The notes below the pieces were generated by a model that was not told where the DNA came from, did no database searches, and saw only the letters and a list, made by a program, of their open reading frames with translations. This document shows, one piece after another, positions 1-12,590 of a stretch of DNA of 58,030 nucleotides. The position numbers were made by a program, and so were the translations under genes. Origin of the DNA: Harriotta raleighana (taxonomy: Eukaryota); contig JBNZDD010013686.1 of NCBI GenBank assembly GCA_050575255.1, positions 4,398,801-4,456,830 on the forward strand, in the 5' to 3' direction. How positions within the stretch are numbered: position 1 is the first letter of the stretch; every line of letters begins with the position of its first letter.

Positions 1-1849
1 GGAACAGAAACGTTAGGATACAGTACGTGCACACATTATTTACATTTTTATAATCAGGTACTTATTCCTCTTTTTCACATTTATGTCTAAGATTTACAAT
101 AGTGCCAAACTTGCAACTTCTGCAGTAGCCATGCACTGCTGAAATCCAAAGAGTGCAAAAAAAAAGTTCATGCCACACTTAAACTAAAGCTGCTATTATA
201 CAATATGTCATTCAACTATCCATTGCATCTGTTCAGATGCGTTGCTTCTGGAATACGTTCAATGTTTTGTTGAACAACTCTGAGAAATCGTGTCACAAAA
301 TGATGCCGGAGACTCTTGGAAACCGTGATGCAAAACGAAAGTTGAAAGAAAAGTTTCTACGAGTGAAGCAGCAGCCAAGCATGACTAAGATTAAAATGTG
401 TCTGAATAAAAAGACTCAATTAAGCTAAAGGTTCAACAGAACTATTTTAAGAGATAACAAGGGAACACGGGCTCTGGATTGTACGACAGATAGTCGAGGT
501 TAACCGAAGGAGTTCTTAACGAAAGTAAGAGGCCAATAGAAAATCCAAGTTTGCTGACAAACGAGCAAAAAATCTTGTAAGAATCTTGTAAGCCATCTCT
601 GCTGTACACAGCTTGTTGAAATTTTTAAGGGATGAGTTAGGAAGCAATGTGTAAGATTTGTCAACACATTTCACAAATGAAGACTGTTCAAATTCCAGTT
701 CGAGGAGCCACTTCAAACAAGTAATTGAAGTACTGTACATCTGTTTTGAAGAAGTTCTTAGCAGGCGAATGTAGCAGACTATTTTGGTGTTGATGCTGCA
801 GATTTTGTTTTTAGATTTAATATTTGAATTATCCTTTCTTAAAAAAAAGATTCATTCTGTAACTATTTGGAAAAATTGCAAAGAAAGTCCAGCAGGCAAA
901 GAGTTAAATGCAATGATTGGGTGTCCTTACCATCTACAATGCCTTGGGCTCTGAACTCTTAACTAGGAGACTGCAATTTAGATCTTGGTGCTGTCTGACT
1001 GTTTGCTGAGTAAGTTTTGGCAGGGTCAGGGAAGAAATCATTTTTTTGCACTGCAGTGTCGTATGTCCTGTCGATGATCAAGGGAAAGAATTGACAATGC
1101 TGTACTATTGCTCTGTTAATTGAGCAGGGAATTCTAGATTTGAGAGCAAATTTGTGAGAGAGGGGAGTTAAAAATACAGGACAATGCTGAACGCTGCTGA
1201 ACAAGGAATACAAATTGAATAGAGGATTCGCATTCATTAACCAAATTTAATGTCTTAAGGAACAGCAATGTTAAAAATGCGAGTTTGTAGATTTTATTCC
1301 CTGATGCTGTACTGAACTTGAAAGTTCAACGTGAAGACCTGAAGTTCAGTCAGTATTCAGGTTTGATTCGAGTACTAGATGCAATCAGATGCGAGAGATG
1401 TGTTGTGGTATTCTGTCTGTCAAATGTGGGCAATCTTTGGATACTGTTATCATAACTTGATGGATGGAAGAGATAAGATGTAGATGCCGCCATTTTTATC
1501 CTATTAATTTTGCACAGTTGCAGTGTGCTTGAGTGTGGGTTGCATATAGGATCGGCGAGCTACACAAAAGGCCATTGAGTTTTAACCTACACGACGGAAG
1601 ATTTGATAAATTGTTCCACTTTGCCCTACTAGTTTCTCAGCGTTTAAATTCTCTCAATGAGACACATTTTCCAAATCATCCACAGCTTGATCCAGTGCCC
1701 TTTAATTGCTTAGTACGTGTTCTTCTTGAGATTCGGTTCCATTTTAGTTTCTGTGGAAACGGCATGCAGCCTATAAGAACCAAATGTATGTTTATGAATC
1801 CGTTGGTGTGACATGTTGGAGTGTCAGTGGCAATTTGATGTATGTTTCC

Positions 1850-1850
<1 letters not shown>

Positions 1851-1908
<58 letters not shown>

Positions 1909-1910
1909 NC
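1851..1910. repeat. poly-C homopolymer ending at an N (probable sequencing/assembly artefact)
   Basis: 58 consecutive C (1851-1908), then N at 1909. Confidence 0.9.
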
Positions 1911-2897
1911 TTTAGTTTTGCTCTTAAAATGGTCATGGTTTGCAGAGTTCAGAACCTTGATGGGTTAATAAGCAGAATTCAAAGTGGAGCCCAGGATTAC
2001 TGTGAAGTGCTTTTGAGGTGTTTTGATATTAGATAATGCACTATTAAAAGTGCAGGTTCTTTCTTTGTATAAACTGGGAGATTGCCCCTCAACTCAGGAT
2101 ATTAGATGGGTTCTCTTCGAGAATAAAAATAAAACATTTTCAAGTATTTTGCAATGAACTGTTAAGCTTGATTGAAATAACATGCTAGAGCAGTAGCAGT
2201 TTCCTCTGTATTCTCTCCACTGGAGGCAGACAATATTAATAATACAGTCCATGGAAACCTTGTTATAGTCCCCCTCATCATAAGACTCTTGCTTCTATGG
2301 ACATTAGCTAATGAGAATCACCTAACATTTGGCTGACTGGCTTCCCATTCCCCCAAATGTCTGACTGCTGGGTTATCAAGTGACCCTAACATCACCTTCC
2401 TGTCCATGTCATGAAAATTAACTGGAGACATAGCATATGATTTATATTATTAGTTGCTAACCCTTACCTTCTCTTAATATCCATGATATTGCTTCTCTCC
2501 CAGTAATTACATCTAGTTGTTGCATCTAGAGTTTATTTTCAAATCTAGCTGCAAAGGAACTACATAAAGCAATTTGCATACTTTTATTACAATTACAGTA
2601 TCTTTGTTTGCTAAATTTAGTTAATACTGTAAGTACTTTACTGTTGCGATATTCTATAGTGGTCTTGTATTAAATCTTAAACTCTTCACCTTTTTTCTTT
2701 CTATAGTCACCATTGATTTTAGCTTCCTCAATGCTGATTGCTTATGAGAGTCCTGGGTTAAATTCCACGCACTTTAGATGCTTTTTAGTTTATTTATTGT
2801 AGTTCTGGCCAGGATTACACACCAGTTTTATTATTTTCTGACCACTAATAGCTATACTAATAGTGCAACCTGCTGATTGTGTTAATAACACAGAAAT

Positions 2898-3233
2898 GTG
2901 GAGTACTGTAGCTCAGTGGTTAGAGCACTCGCCTTACGACATACCTGGGTTCAATTTCAAGCTCTAAATCAAATGCAAGGATTATTATTATTTCATGCAG
3001 GGTGAAATTTTGGGCAAGTTTCCTTATTCATGACTAATAATAATCCCTCAAAGAAAACAATAATAATTTGGTCATTTCAATCCACGATTGTTTGTGGGAC
3101 ACTGCTATGCGCAATTGGCTGCCGCGGTTCGCCCACAAATATAGAGTCAATTTATTTCATAGTTATTCTGTAAAGTGCTTTGAGATATCTAGAAGACATG
3201 GAAAGTCTTAATACAAGGATTATTAATATTATT
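2898..3233 (+). mobile_element. tRNA-derived Deu-domain SINE, young short family, near full length
   Basis: Head GTGGAGTACTGTAGCTCAGTGGTTAGAGC (A box), GGTTCAATT (B box), core GGGACACTGCTATGCGCAATTGGCTGCCGC, tail ending AAGGATTATT. Many homologues in the window. Confidence 0.9.
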
Positions 3234-5872
3234 ACTGTGCTAGGGAGTGTAACATTGCTCAAGGTATTATGTATGCCAACTTCATTTGAGCTTTAGCTCA
3301 GCAGATAATAGTGGCTTAATAAAACCTTAAACTTAAAGGTTTTAGTGTTTTTTTAAAAACATCCCAAATTCATCATCTCAATTTGTGTTTTTTGAATTGG
3401 TGTAGAGAATACCTTAACTGAGTATAATTGTAGAATGTTTCATTTTGGGCACATTATTTTCACATCAACTGTTTACTTTCTGTTGCAGAGAGTAAATCAC
3501 TGCTGGTGATCAAGGGGATTGAAACCTGCTGTTGCTATTTGATACAGAATGCAGCAATCATTGTGTACAAGATTTATGCTTGCTCTCTCTTATGGAATGA
3601 CTCTAATTAACAGTAAAGGACCCAGTCTTCAGTAAAATGGATTGATTTTCCAAACAATTCTTCAAAATTAGTGGAAAAGTTTGAACACACTTGCAAATGG
3701 CAATGGGTTGACATTTTTGCCATTAGCAATGCTCTGTAGCTTTTGGAATTAATAGCAATCTGTTGCTGAACTATAAACTATAAAATGGAACAAATGAGTC
3801 GCTTTATGCCAATAAAAACAATCCATCAACGTAACACTGTTAAATGTGAATAGTTTTAAATGTTGAACTTCTTTTGCTACATTCCTTTAAAGATATACTT
3901 TTTCCAATAGGAATCGTGTTATCAGAGGACGTGTGAATTAAAGAGCAAATAAAAAATGTGATCCTCTTAAAAGTGACTTTTTTTACCAATAACTTTTTTT
4001 TCTATTCAATAATTGCTCCTGTACATAGTATTTTATATTGCCAATTATTTCTCTGGAATCAATTTTCTGCACATTTGACAGACTTCACTCTCTATCCTGT
4101 ATGGATTGGGATCTGTCCAGTCGTAAAAATGCTATTCATTTGTTCACACACACAAGTTGTAGGATTCTGCAATTCTCCTAAATGAATAGCATATTCTTTC
4201 CTGTTCTTGTGTGGGTTTGTGAGGCTACGAATGTTGTTCTTGCATTTTTGAAATATAAGAAATATAAAAATTTCCTCTTAACTAATTATTATCCATGACT
4301 GAAGTTGCAGGCTTCGATTTCAGTCATCTGTTCAAATGCTTGTCTTCAGTCTCCATCTATAGCATAAAATTCCTTGCTGGATGCCATGTGATGGTATCCT
4401 ATATACATATGTGGACATTTGTGGCTTCTTTGACCCTTCCAAGTGCACAGAGCAAATTCGCTTAAAATATAATGTTCCGGCTTTATCTAGGGAAATCCAG
4501 TGTGAATGTCAAACCAGTGTGGAGATGGTAACTCCAGCACACCAGAACTCCCATTTTCTGCAGGCTTGTGACATCTCCAAGTGAGATTGTTGGTTTTGTC
4601 TCAATTAGTGCTGCGCAGAATGCCGTTTTGTGTTGTGAACTCTGTGGGAGGTGGCTTGAGATTGACCCTGCGTCGCTCAATGATTCGTACATCAAAGAGA
4701 GTCGCTGCAGTTTTTTTTTCTGCACCGCGTATTTTTCCTTCATTAAAGAGCTGATTCTATATCATCAACACTGTGTTTGGAAGAATTTGTAAACATTGTG
4801 TTTTTTAATGGAGAGAAAGGCCTTTCTCAGTCGCTTGCAGTAAAATAAATCAGATTGTTATCCTGTTTCTGATTCTATTTGGAAATGGCTCCCTGAGATG
4901 GGACAGAGCCAGGAAGCTAAGTCTTGAAATTGATTTACATTGTATTTTAGTGATGATTTGACACATAAACAGTGTCATATCTGCACTAACTCTGCAGTAT
5001 AAATGAGGCATAAGAGAGCTTTGTGTTGTAAGAGCATGAAAAAGCTGTTCAGGAGTTCAAAATATCTTGAGATACCATACTCCATTGACACTTAAATTTG
5101 GAAGGTGAAATTAAGCTTCCATTACACTGTAGCAAGTACTGCCCCAGCTATTAGTCCTAATGACTTAAACACTTTAGTTTCATTGCTTTTTAACACTGTT
5201 CCACTCAATAGAAATGCTAACTACTGCATGGTTGTTGCATTTATGTTTGTGTGATTTGACTTAGCTGCTTGATTTAAATAATTGTTGCCAAGAATGAAAG
5301 ACTGGCTTGATTGGAAATCTCAAGTATCACTTTGTAAACATAAGGCAGGCTTCAATTCCTTATCAGAAGCATTTTATCAGTGTCTCTCTCCCCCACCCCC
5401 TCTATGCTTAAATTCAAGATGACTCACTGGAGAATTCATAGTGAAAAATTCTCATTGTTAAAATGAATGGACTGGTATCCTTCAGCAAGATTAGTGAGTA
5501 ATTGGGCTGCTGTAAATGACCCAATTTTGAACCGATCACTTTCAAACAGAAAGGTATTAGGAGGGCGAGAGGTAGATTAGCATGTAAAATGGGTTCTTTA
5601 CTGTGTAAATTGGGAAGTGTTTTAAATGATAATTTAAAAAAAAACTAAACCTGTAACAAAATACAGTAGTTGCAACTCTGTGATAAAACCTGTACTGTTT
5701 AGAATGGTATTTGTCTGTCAACCATTAAATAATTTGTCAAGCGGAGCTCAAAATCTTCTTATTGAATAAATTCTGGGGAATTCGTTTTCTGCATTCACTC
5801 AAAATTAACTTTAAGTTATTAGGTTGTTACCTATTTTCCTTTGAGCTATAATGTATTTCAGTTATTCTAATT

Positions 5873-5931
5873 ATAATAATCCTTGCATTTGATATGGCTC
5901 TGTTCAGATTTTCTAAGCGCTTCACAGAATA
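5873..5931 (-). mobile_element. SINE 3' tail fragment
   Basis: ATAATAATCCTTGCATTTGATAT...AAGCGCTTCACAGAATA is the reverse complement of the family tail. Confidence 0.85.
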
Positions 5932-6060
5932 AATTGGCTGCTGTGTTTTGCCCTCAAAATATACAGTCAATTCATTTTAAGGTATATTCTCCCATTTCGC
6001 TTTGAAATGTCTTGTAGATGTGATGAGGTGCGATATCAAATCCAAGGGTTATTATTATTA
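5932..6060 (+). mobile_element. SINE 3' half
   Basis: AATTGGCTGC...ATATACAGTCAATTCA...ATATCAAATCCAAGGGTTATTATTATTA. Confidence 0.85.
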
Positions 6061-6859
6061 GTATTTTCCATGTACAGTAATAAGCAAACAGATTAATGAT
6101 CTTGTAGACCAATATGATGGCAGCATTTTTCTCTTTATTAAAAAAATAAACAAAGACATAGCAGAAGTTCTCCAGAAAATAAATTGGTATAGGGATAGTT
6201 CTTTGAACTATAAACCTCTCTTGTTAATTGATTTCAATTTGAAATTAAAACAATAGAATTAGTTTAATTATGTTGTGGCAAGGATTGAGTGCTTCATTGT
6301 ACTCTTAGTCAGTTCCCACTCCATTAAGGAGCGAGTTTGCCATTTATAGCTTGTAGATGGCAGTTGGTATTTTTTTTATTGTATCCTTGAGCGATTTAAA
6401 ATCAAACACTGACATTATAGATAGACTATAGAATGCATTAAGGTTTTGAATGTCAGCAGGCAAGATCTAATGTCTTCATTGTTTTACCTCCTATAAGCTA
6501 TTGCCTGCTTCATTGCAGTAATTGGGCAAAAGTGCAAACGTTCTCCTTTCATAAGTATAGGCTCTTCAGGCATTCAGGATTGGTGCTTTCCCCCCCAAGG
6601 TTATACTATTTTTACTCCAAAATCTACTGAAGGTGAAGTGTGAAAGCTAGTGATTCAATGATTATTGAATTACTCAAACAAACCAAACCTCTGGTTCTTA
6701 GCAATCAATGGTGATTTTAATCTGAAGTGAGTAATTATTGATGAATATTTTTCTACAATTTACAATTGCAATTTCACCATCAATATTCATTCATTCATTC
6801 TTTATACTGTTGAAAAAAACATGTGGAGCACAAGAAAACCTGGAATAATATATAGTCTT

Positions 6860-7140
6860 CATCAAACCATTTTTTTCATAGGCATTTGCACAACAATCCA
6901 ATCATTGAGCTTTGCTTTGCAACTTACTCATTAGACTTCCAATTTCAAGTTCCTTCCCAACCTGTATGGTAGGCACCCTAGCCCCCATCCTCAACAAAAT
7001 TTCATCCAACTCTATTGTAAGTCTTCCAAATACTTGTAACGTATATGGAATTGAGAAAGAAAATGTGCTAAAGTGTGTATAATTGGATTCATTGATGATC
7101 CAAGTAACCATATGATGGAGAATATTAAAGAGCAACCAGT
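6860..7140 (-). mobile_element. possible highly decayed L1-clade ORF2 C-terminal fragment
   Basis: Peptide ...NILHHMVTW...QVFGRLTIELDEIL loosely resembles the L1-type KILHR...FW...LSxIL region; weak. Confidence 0.25.
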
Positions 7141-7667
7141 GTTTGGATCAATGTACTGTGCGACTCAGCTACTGACTGGATACTTGCATTGGGCAATTTG
7201 CTTATTAACTTTTAAATTGCTTTGAATGAGATGACTCATTAAAAGTATGAAACCACAAGTGACTGAAACTTTACCATGTAACTATCAATATCTTTATATG
7301 CTTTGTTTAAAATAAAATGGTAACTTCTTTTTGGCACCTGCATTACTTGTTGATAACATGAGCAGTTATAGAAGAATAAAAGCTAATGTGCACATCATGC
7401 TTCCTTACAAAGTGCACTTTAACATTAATTAAGCAACAAATAATGAAGCATGTTTAGCAATAGCATAATTTGGATCCCCTTTTTAGCAGTGTTCACAGGA
7501 GTAGGGATAACAGCAGCTATTCACATGATAGTTCAACAGCACCAATAATCATGCCAATATGTACATGTCCATAAGGGTCTAATGTGCAACCCCCTGACAC
7601 TTGTACCAATATCTGTTTCATGTTTGTGGGTAATTGACTGCGTAAAATTGTACAAAAATTGTAAAAT

Positions 7668-8424
7668 TAGACTAGATAGTGCAAATTTAAATGGTGTGAA
7701 GGAACAGAGAGACCTGGGGATTTGTGTTAGTGACACGTTGAAGGTGGCAGGTCAGGTAGACAAGGCTGTTAAGAAGGCATATGGGATACTAGGCTTTATA
7801 AATAGGGGTATAGAGTACAAAAGTCAGGAAGTGCTGACTAACCTCTATAGAACTTTGGTGAGGCCTCAGCTGGAGTACTGTGTTCAATTCTGGTCACCAC
7901 ACTATAGAAAGGATGTGAAGGCATTGGAAAGGGTACAAAGAAGATTTACTAGGATGGTGCCAGGATTGAGGGACTTCACCTATGAGGAAAGGCTAGATAG
8001 GCTAGGGTTATTCTCTCTAGAACAGAGAAGATTGAGGGGAGACCTAATAGAGGTTTATAAGATCATGAGGGGTTTCGACAGGGCAAATAGAGAAAAACTA
8101 TTTCCACTCGTGGGCGAATCTGTGACCCGTGGTCACAGATTTAAAATAGTTTCAAAGCGAAGTAGAGGGGAGCTGAGGAGAAACTTTTTCACTCAGCGAG
8201 TTGTTCGAATCTGGAATGCATTGCCTGAAAAGGTGGTGGAGGCTGATTCGATAACAACTTTTAAAAGGGAATTAGATCTTTATTTAGGGAGAACAGGTCT
8301 GTTAGGCTATGGGGAGCGAGCAGGGCAGTGGGATTAAATCGCTCTTTTCAAAGAGCCGGCACAGACTAGATGGGCCGAATGGCCTCCTTTTGTGCTGTAA
8401 ACTTCTATGAATCTATGAATCTAT
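7668..8424 (+). mobile_element. CR1 LINE, 5'-truncated young copy
   Basis: Uninterrupted ORF2 C-terminus, CR1-type 3' UTR (GATGGGCCGAATGGCCTCCT) and (TCTATGAA)n terminal microsatellite. Confidence 0.97.
7669..8337 (+). CDS. CR1 ORF2 (pol) C-terminal fragment after the RT core; not a host gene
   Basis: Motifs EQRDLG, LYRTLVRPQLEYCVQFWSP, LERVQRRFTRM, YEERL, RRLRGDLIEVYKI, TRGH, FFTQRVVRIWNALP, FKRELD are typical of CR1 ORF2. The ATG at 7582 lies in flanking DNA. Confidence 0.85.
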   Translation, partial: RLDSANLNGVKEQRDLGICVSDTLKVAGQVDKAVKKAYGILGFINRGIEYKSQEVLTNLYRTLVRPQLEYCVQFWSPHYRKDVKALERVQRRFTRMVPGLRDFTYEERLDRLGLFSLEQRRLRGDLIEVYKIMRGFDRANREKLFPLVGESVTRGHRFKIVSKRSRGELRRNFFTQRVVRIWNALPEKVVEADSITTFKRELDLYLGRTGLLGYGERAGQWD

Positions 8425-10074
8425 TAATCTAAATGAAAAAGAAATGCTCTTCTTCGGAGAAAATAAATCTTTGTGGAAATATTTGATGTCAAGCTTTTCT
8501 TTTGACATAAAATTAAACATCAATGTGAAGCTATAATCCTCATTTCCACCTGTAGTAAATTGCACTCCTTTACTGACATTTTGTGGTCCTCTTGGGGCTT
8601 ACTTTATTCTATAGACCCAAGATCTGAGCCCATGTTGCTTATAAATCCTTAATTTTGCAAGAGTCTCCTGGGCTAAAGTTCAGCATGTTCTCCCAGTTTT
8701 CATTATTAAGCCACTCGCCTCCCATAACATACCATAGGCCTAAAACTCCATCTACCCTTCCAATCAAAACCGATCCAGTATTCAAGGGCAAATGAAAATA
8801 TATTTCACTGTAACTAAGCAAGCTTTATCTGAATGGCTCAAATTTAAGCTGATATTTATAACCTTTCGTCCCAAGTTTTATTCCTGGGTTTCCAGGAGCA
8901 CTTACACAGCATGTCTTCATTTGTAAATATTTTCAATGTGTCTTGGTGCTTGGAGAATTTCAATGTTTGTGTTCTGTCGCATTTCTAAGTAAAAAGGTTT
9001 CAATCACATTTTAGGCTATTTAATAGTGAGCTGAATCATTCTGTTCTGACCTTTCGTCATGAGCAAATTAATTTCTGTTTCCTCATGATTATTATTATTA
9101 TTGTTTCCTGCATCATTATAAAGGAAATTAGTGTGTGGAAGAATTCAAGCCTTCGGACTAATCTCAAGTTCACATTCTGACCCTAGAATATAAATTTGCA
9201 TCGATATCGTTAACCCACAATTTTTTTTTCCCCTCCACCAAATCATTAACTGTCACAAACTCTAAATAATTTGTCCGTGATTCAAATTAATGGGACCATT
9301 TAAGACTTATTTTAGTGCTTTTAATATATTTCAGCACTTTGGTTCAGTTCACCCCTCTCTTGACCCAAATGTTCGATGAACCAACAGATCAGGAGAACAG
9401 TGAATGAAAACCAAGCAGTAATGGCATCACATAAATCATGGTGTTGTATGCAGCACTTCATTGCTCTATATCCTCTAGTACTTATCAAACGTATACTTAT
9501 CCTTTTTTTTGGAAGGAGTAAATCGATGCATTCATTAAATGTTTTTTTTTCCCTCTCTCTCCAAAAGTGCTTCCAAGCATCCAGAAATCTGTGTTGGAAG
9601 ATGAGAAATTTTACTTGAAGTTAAGATAATCCACTCAGTTATTTTTAAATGGATACCCTCAATAACACTACCTTTCAACAGAAAGTGTGTTTCACAAACT
9701 TTAATTGCTGACTATCTATGCATTTCTGACAGAAAAGCAATGAATGCTGACAAAGGCATTTCCGGACTTCAATCACTCCAGTTTGAGATTTTACCTCTGA
9801 CATTTGGGGAGCAACAGCTGTACATCATTGGTCCTTTGCAACAGAACCTTTTCCATAATGCTGTGGTTAAAAATCCATAAACTCGCTTTCAATGTTCTCA
9901 CTGCAACTGGATTCAGAAATGTACAGAGGACACTGGGTCCAAACAGGTCAAGGTAGCCTTATTTAATAATTCTATTGATTGTTTATAAAACCTTATCTGA
10001 ACATAGTTGGGAACGAGTGGTATTTTTTAGATTTGTTTTGTGGTGGGTTTAGGATAGGTGCGGTTTTGTAGTTG

Positions 10075-10152
10075 TGTCTACAAAATACAGTCAATCAGCT
10101 TAACAATATATCCTGTGAAGCACTCCGACACGTCTCATTGACTTTATTATTA
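10075..10152 (+). mobile_element. decayed SINE 3' fragment
   Basis: CAAAATACAGTCAATC...TATATCCTGTGAAGCACT matches the family 3' region. Confidence 0.6.
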
Positions 10153-12217
10153 ATGTTATGTTATTTATTATCTAGTCCAGCTATATTACAGCGAAGATTA
10201 ATTTATATAACTTGAATAGGGTGTGGATCGCATTCAGTGCCACTACTTACAGCCAGCTGGTTCTTCCACTCAGTGGCTGACTGCTGGAGTATCAGCAATG
10301 ACACTTATTGTGTCTTTTTGGTTTGAGTGCAGGCACCTTGCCAACTAGCTCACATGCATGTACAGTGAAATGAGTTATTGTGTGTAGTGTTCTTTACCAC
10401 CATAAGAATAATGTACAACCACAACTTTATATAACGGTAATTTATCCACACTATTTACATTATATAATGCATGATTTTGAAAATGTCCAGGAGGTTATAT
10501 AGCTGTCAAGTTAGTGACAGTTTGATCTAATCATTGCTCAAGAAAAAAGCTGGCTGTAAGCTGTGATTTTTTTTCTCTCTCCTCTCCAGCACATTTTGTT
10601 CCATAAAGACGTCAGCAGTTGTCGGCAGTTATAGGCTTCGAGAAGTTTAGTGACGGTTTTAGTTTTATACTTCCAGATGCTGCAAAGCATTACGCAGTGG
10701 ATCTGATCACTGAATTAAAAATAAAGGATTCAATCAATTTTGCTGTTGGAACCAAGGGCTGTCATTTACTGCAGCCGTTGATGTGGTGATTTATTAGAAT
10801 GGAGAGATTGAGCAAAACAAAAATCAGTCTACCTGCATAGAATCCTAATGAATTTGAATAAAACAGAATATTTTCAATACACCTCCTGGGTCTATTGTCC
10901 AATTTAACATTGGTTAAAGTTGAAAATGATTGAAGCAAAAATAAATGTTTTGTTTCCATGCTGTATCTTTTCAGGTATTAATACTTAGATATTCCTCCAT
11001 TTTGGGGTTGATCTTACAAAATTCCCAAACCTAATTACTGTAAGCTGAATGGGAATTGCTGCATTTTAACTAACATGATGGATGTTCACACCTAAGCATT
11101 GATATGAAACTTTTTTTTTTGGTGGGGGCGAGGGGTTGTTTATTGCATGGATTACAAATAGTTAGTATGGCCCGCGTTATTTGTTTGGCGTTTATTCTTA
11201 TGAAACACATCACTCGGTGAGGCACAAGGATGAGAAGAAACCAATGCAGAAACTTTCCACTGTTCTGTAAATCGGTGTCGGAATTCACCAATGCTTGTTC
11301 CAAGATATTATTACAACTTACACATGAATATACGAGTGGATTGTGTTTTCTCAATAGATTATCACTCCTCAATGGGTTGTACCTCCTCTATCGTTTCTTG
11401 AATGAAAACTACATGCTAGCTAAGATTCCACATAATCCTTGTCGGTTTTCTATTACAATTTGATGCATCAATGTTCGAATGGCAGAAGGGGCCACAAAAC
11501 CACACATGATATTTAGATGTTGTATAAGTAATCTATCAAAGGTTATACTGTAATAACTTGTGTTAGAATCAAGTGCCCTTGAAATATATTCCAATAAGCA
11601 ATTATATTTAACTGTTTCACAATGACTGCATCGTTTTACTTTATAGCTAAATGCTGGATATCCTCCGGTACATTTTATTTTGATTGAGATGGAGAATGTT
11701 CATAGTTTCTTGCACTCATTCTGGAATATTTGTCTCGTTGATGTTGCATAAACTTCTAGATGGTTGATTAATTTTTCTTCAACTGAGCCAACCAACAAGT
11801 GAAAATATATTGATACCTCTAATAAATAAATTGTTAATTGTACATTTGATTTTGTTTGAATTAAATCAGAGTTTTTTTTCTCCCCTTGTCAGTATGTGTG
11901 TGTTGCTAAAGGCCGTTAAATTTATCAACTAGGGACAACAATCCCAATTGCCATAAATATATGAATGCAAAATATTGAGGAAACTTTTTTTTAACTACGT
12001 CATGCGTGAATTCTGTATCTCTGTGTACATACAGTATTGACACTTTGCATATTTAAAGGTCCTTTGCGTGCAGCAGCTCTGAATGTGAATCATTCTTTGT
12101 TTGTATGCTAGGTGCTAATGAGGAACTTTGGCACACACTACGCTCTGAAGCCACATTTGTATTAAATATTGTTGAATGCCAATTTTTTGTTCCTTTGTCT
12201 GCAGCTCTGTGAATTAT

Positions 12218-12345
12218 ATAGGATTACATAGAACATTACAGCACAGAAACAGGCCATTTGGCCCAACTATTCAGTGCCAGTGCACTTCATATGAGACACT
12301 AGTTCCTAATCCTTTCTCCCATGCCTCCATATTCCCTTCTCCCTC
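12218..12345 (-). mobile_element. old CR1 3' end fragment
   Basis: CATAGAACATTACAGCACAGAAACAGGCCATTTGGCCCA is the reverse complement of a CR1 3' terminus. Confidence 0.75.
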
Positions 12346-12362
12346 ACATGGTATGATACTAT

Positions 12363-12590
12363 ATAGCAGTCCTCAAGTTACAACGTTCCGAGGTACGACA
12401 ATTTGAAGTTGCGACGCTTAATATCAGTAAAATTACGTCCGAGTTACATCCAAAGTCTCGAAGTTACGACACTACAACCAATCACTGTATGTTACTGTAA
12501 GCATTATAGGGGGGTGACTTGACTTACATACAAATTCGATTTACACCACATCTCAGGAACCGAACCCTGACGTAACTTGAGAACTGCCAG
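12363..12590. mobile_element. Tigger/pogo-like (Tc1/mariner) MITE
   Basis: Inverted ends GCAGTCCTCAAGTTAC ... GTAACTTGAGAACTGC, TA flanks, internal AGTTACGAC-like subterminal repeats. Confidence 0.8.

Noticed and set aside
1676-2036. Poly-Pro / poly-Gly ORFs
   Set aside because: Both come from a C homopolymer adjacent to an N.
2898-2960. tRNA genes (also 13871, 19411, 28130, 55920, 57188)
   Set aside because: A/B boxes are present but there is no complete cloverleaf, and each runs into a SINE body.
7582-8337. 251-aa host gene
   Set aside because: It is truncated CR1 ORF2; the ATG and first ~29 codons come from flanking DNA.
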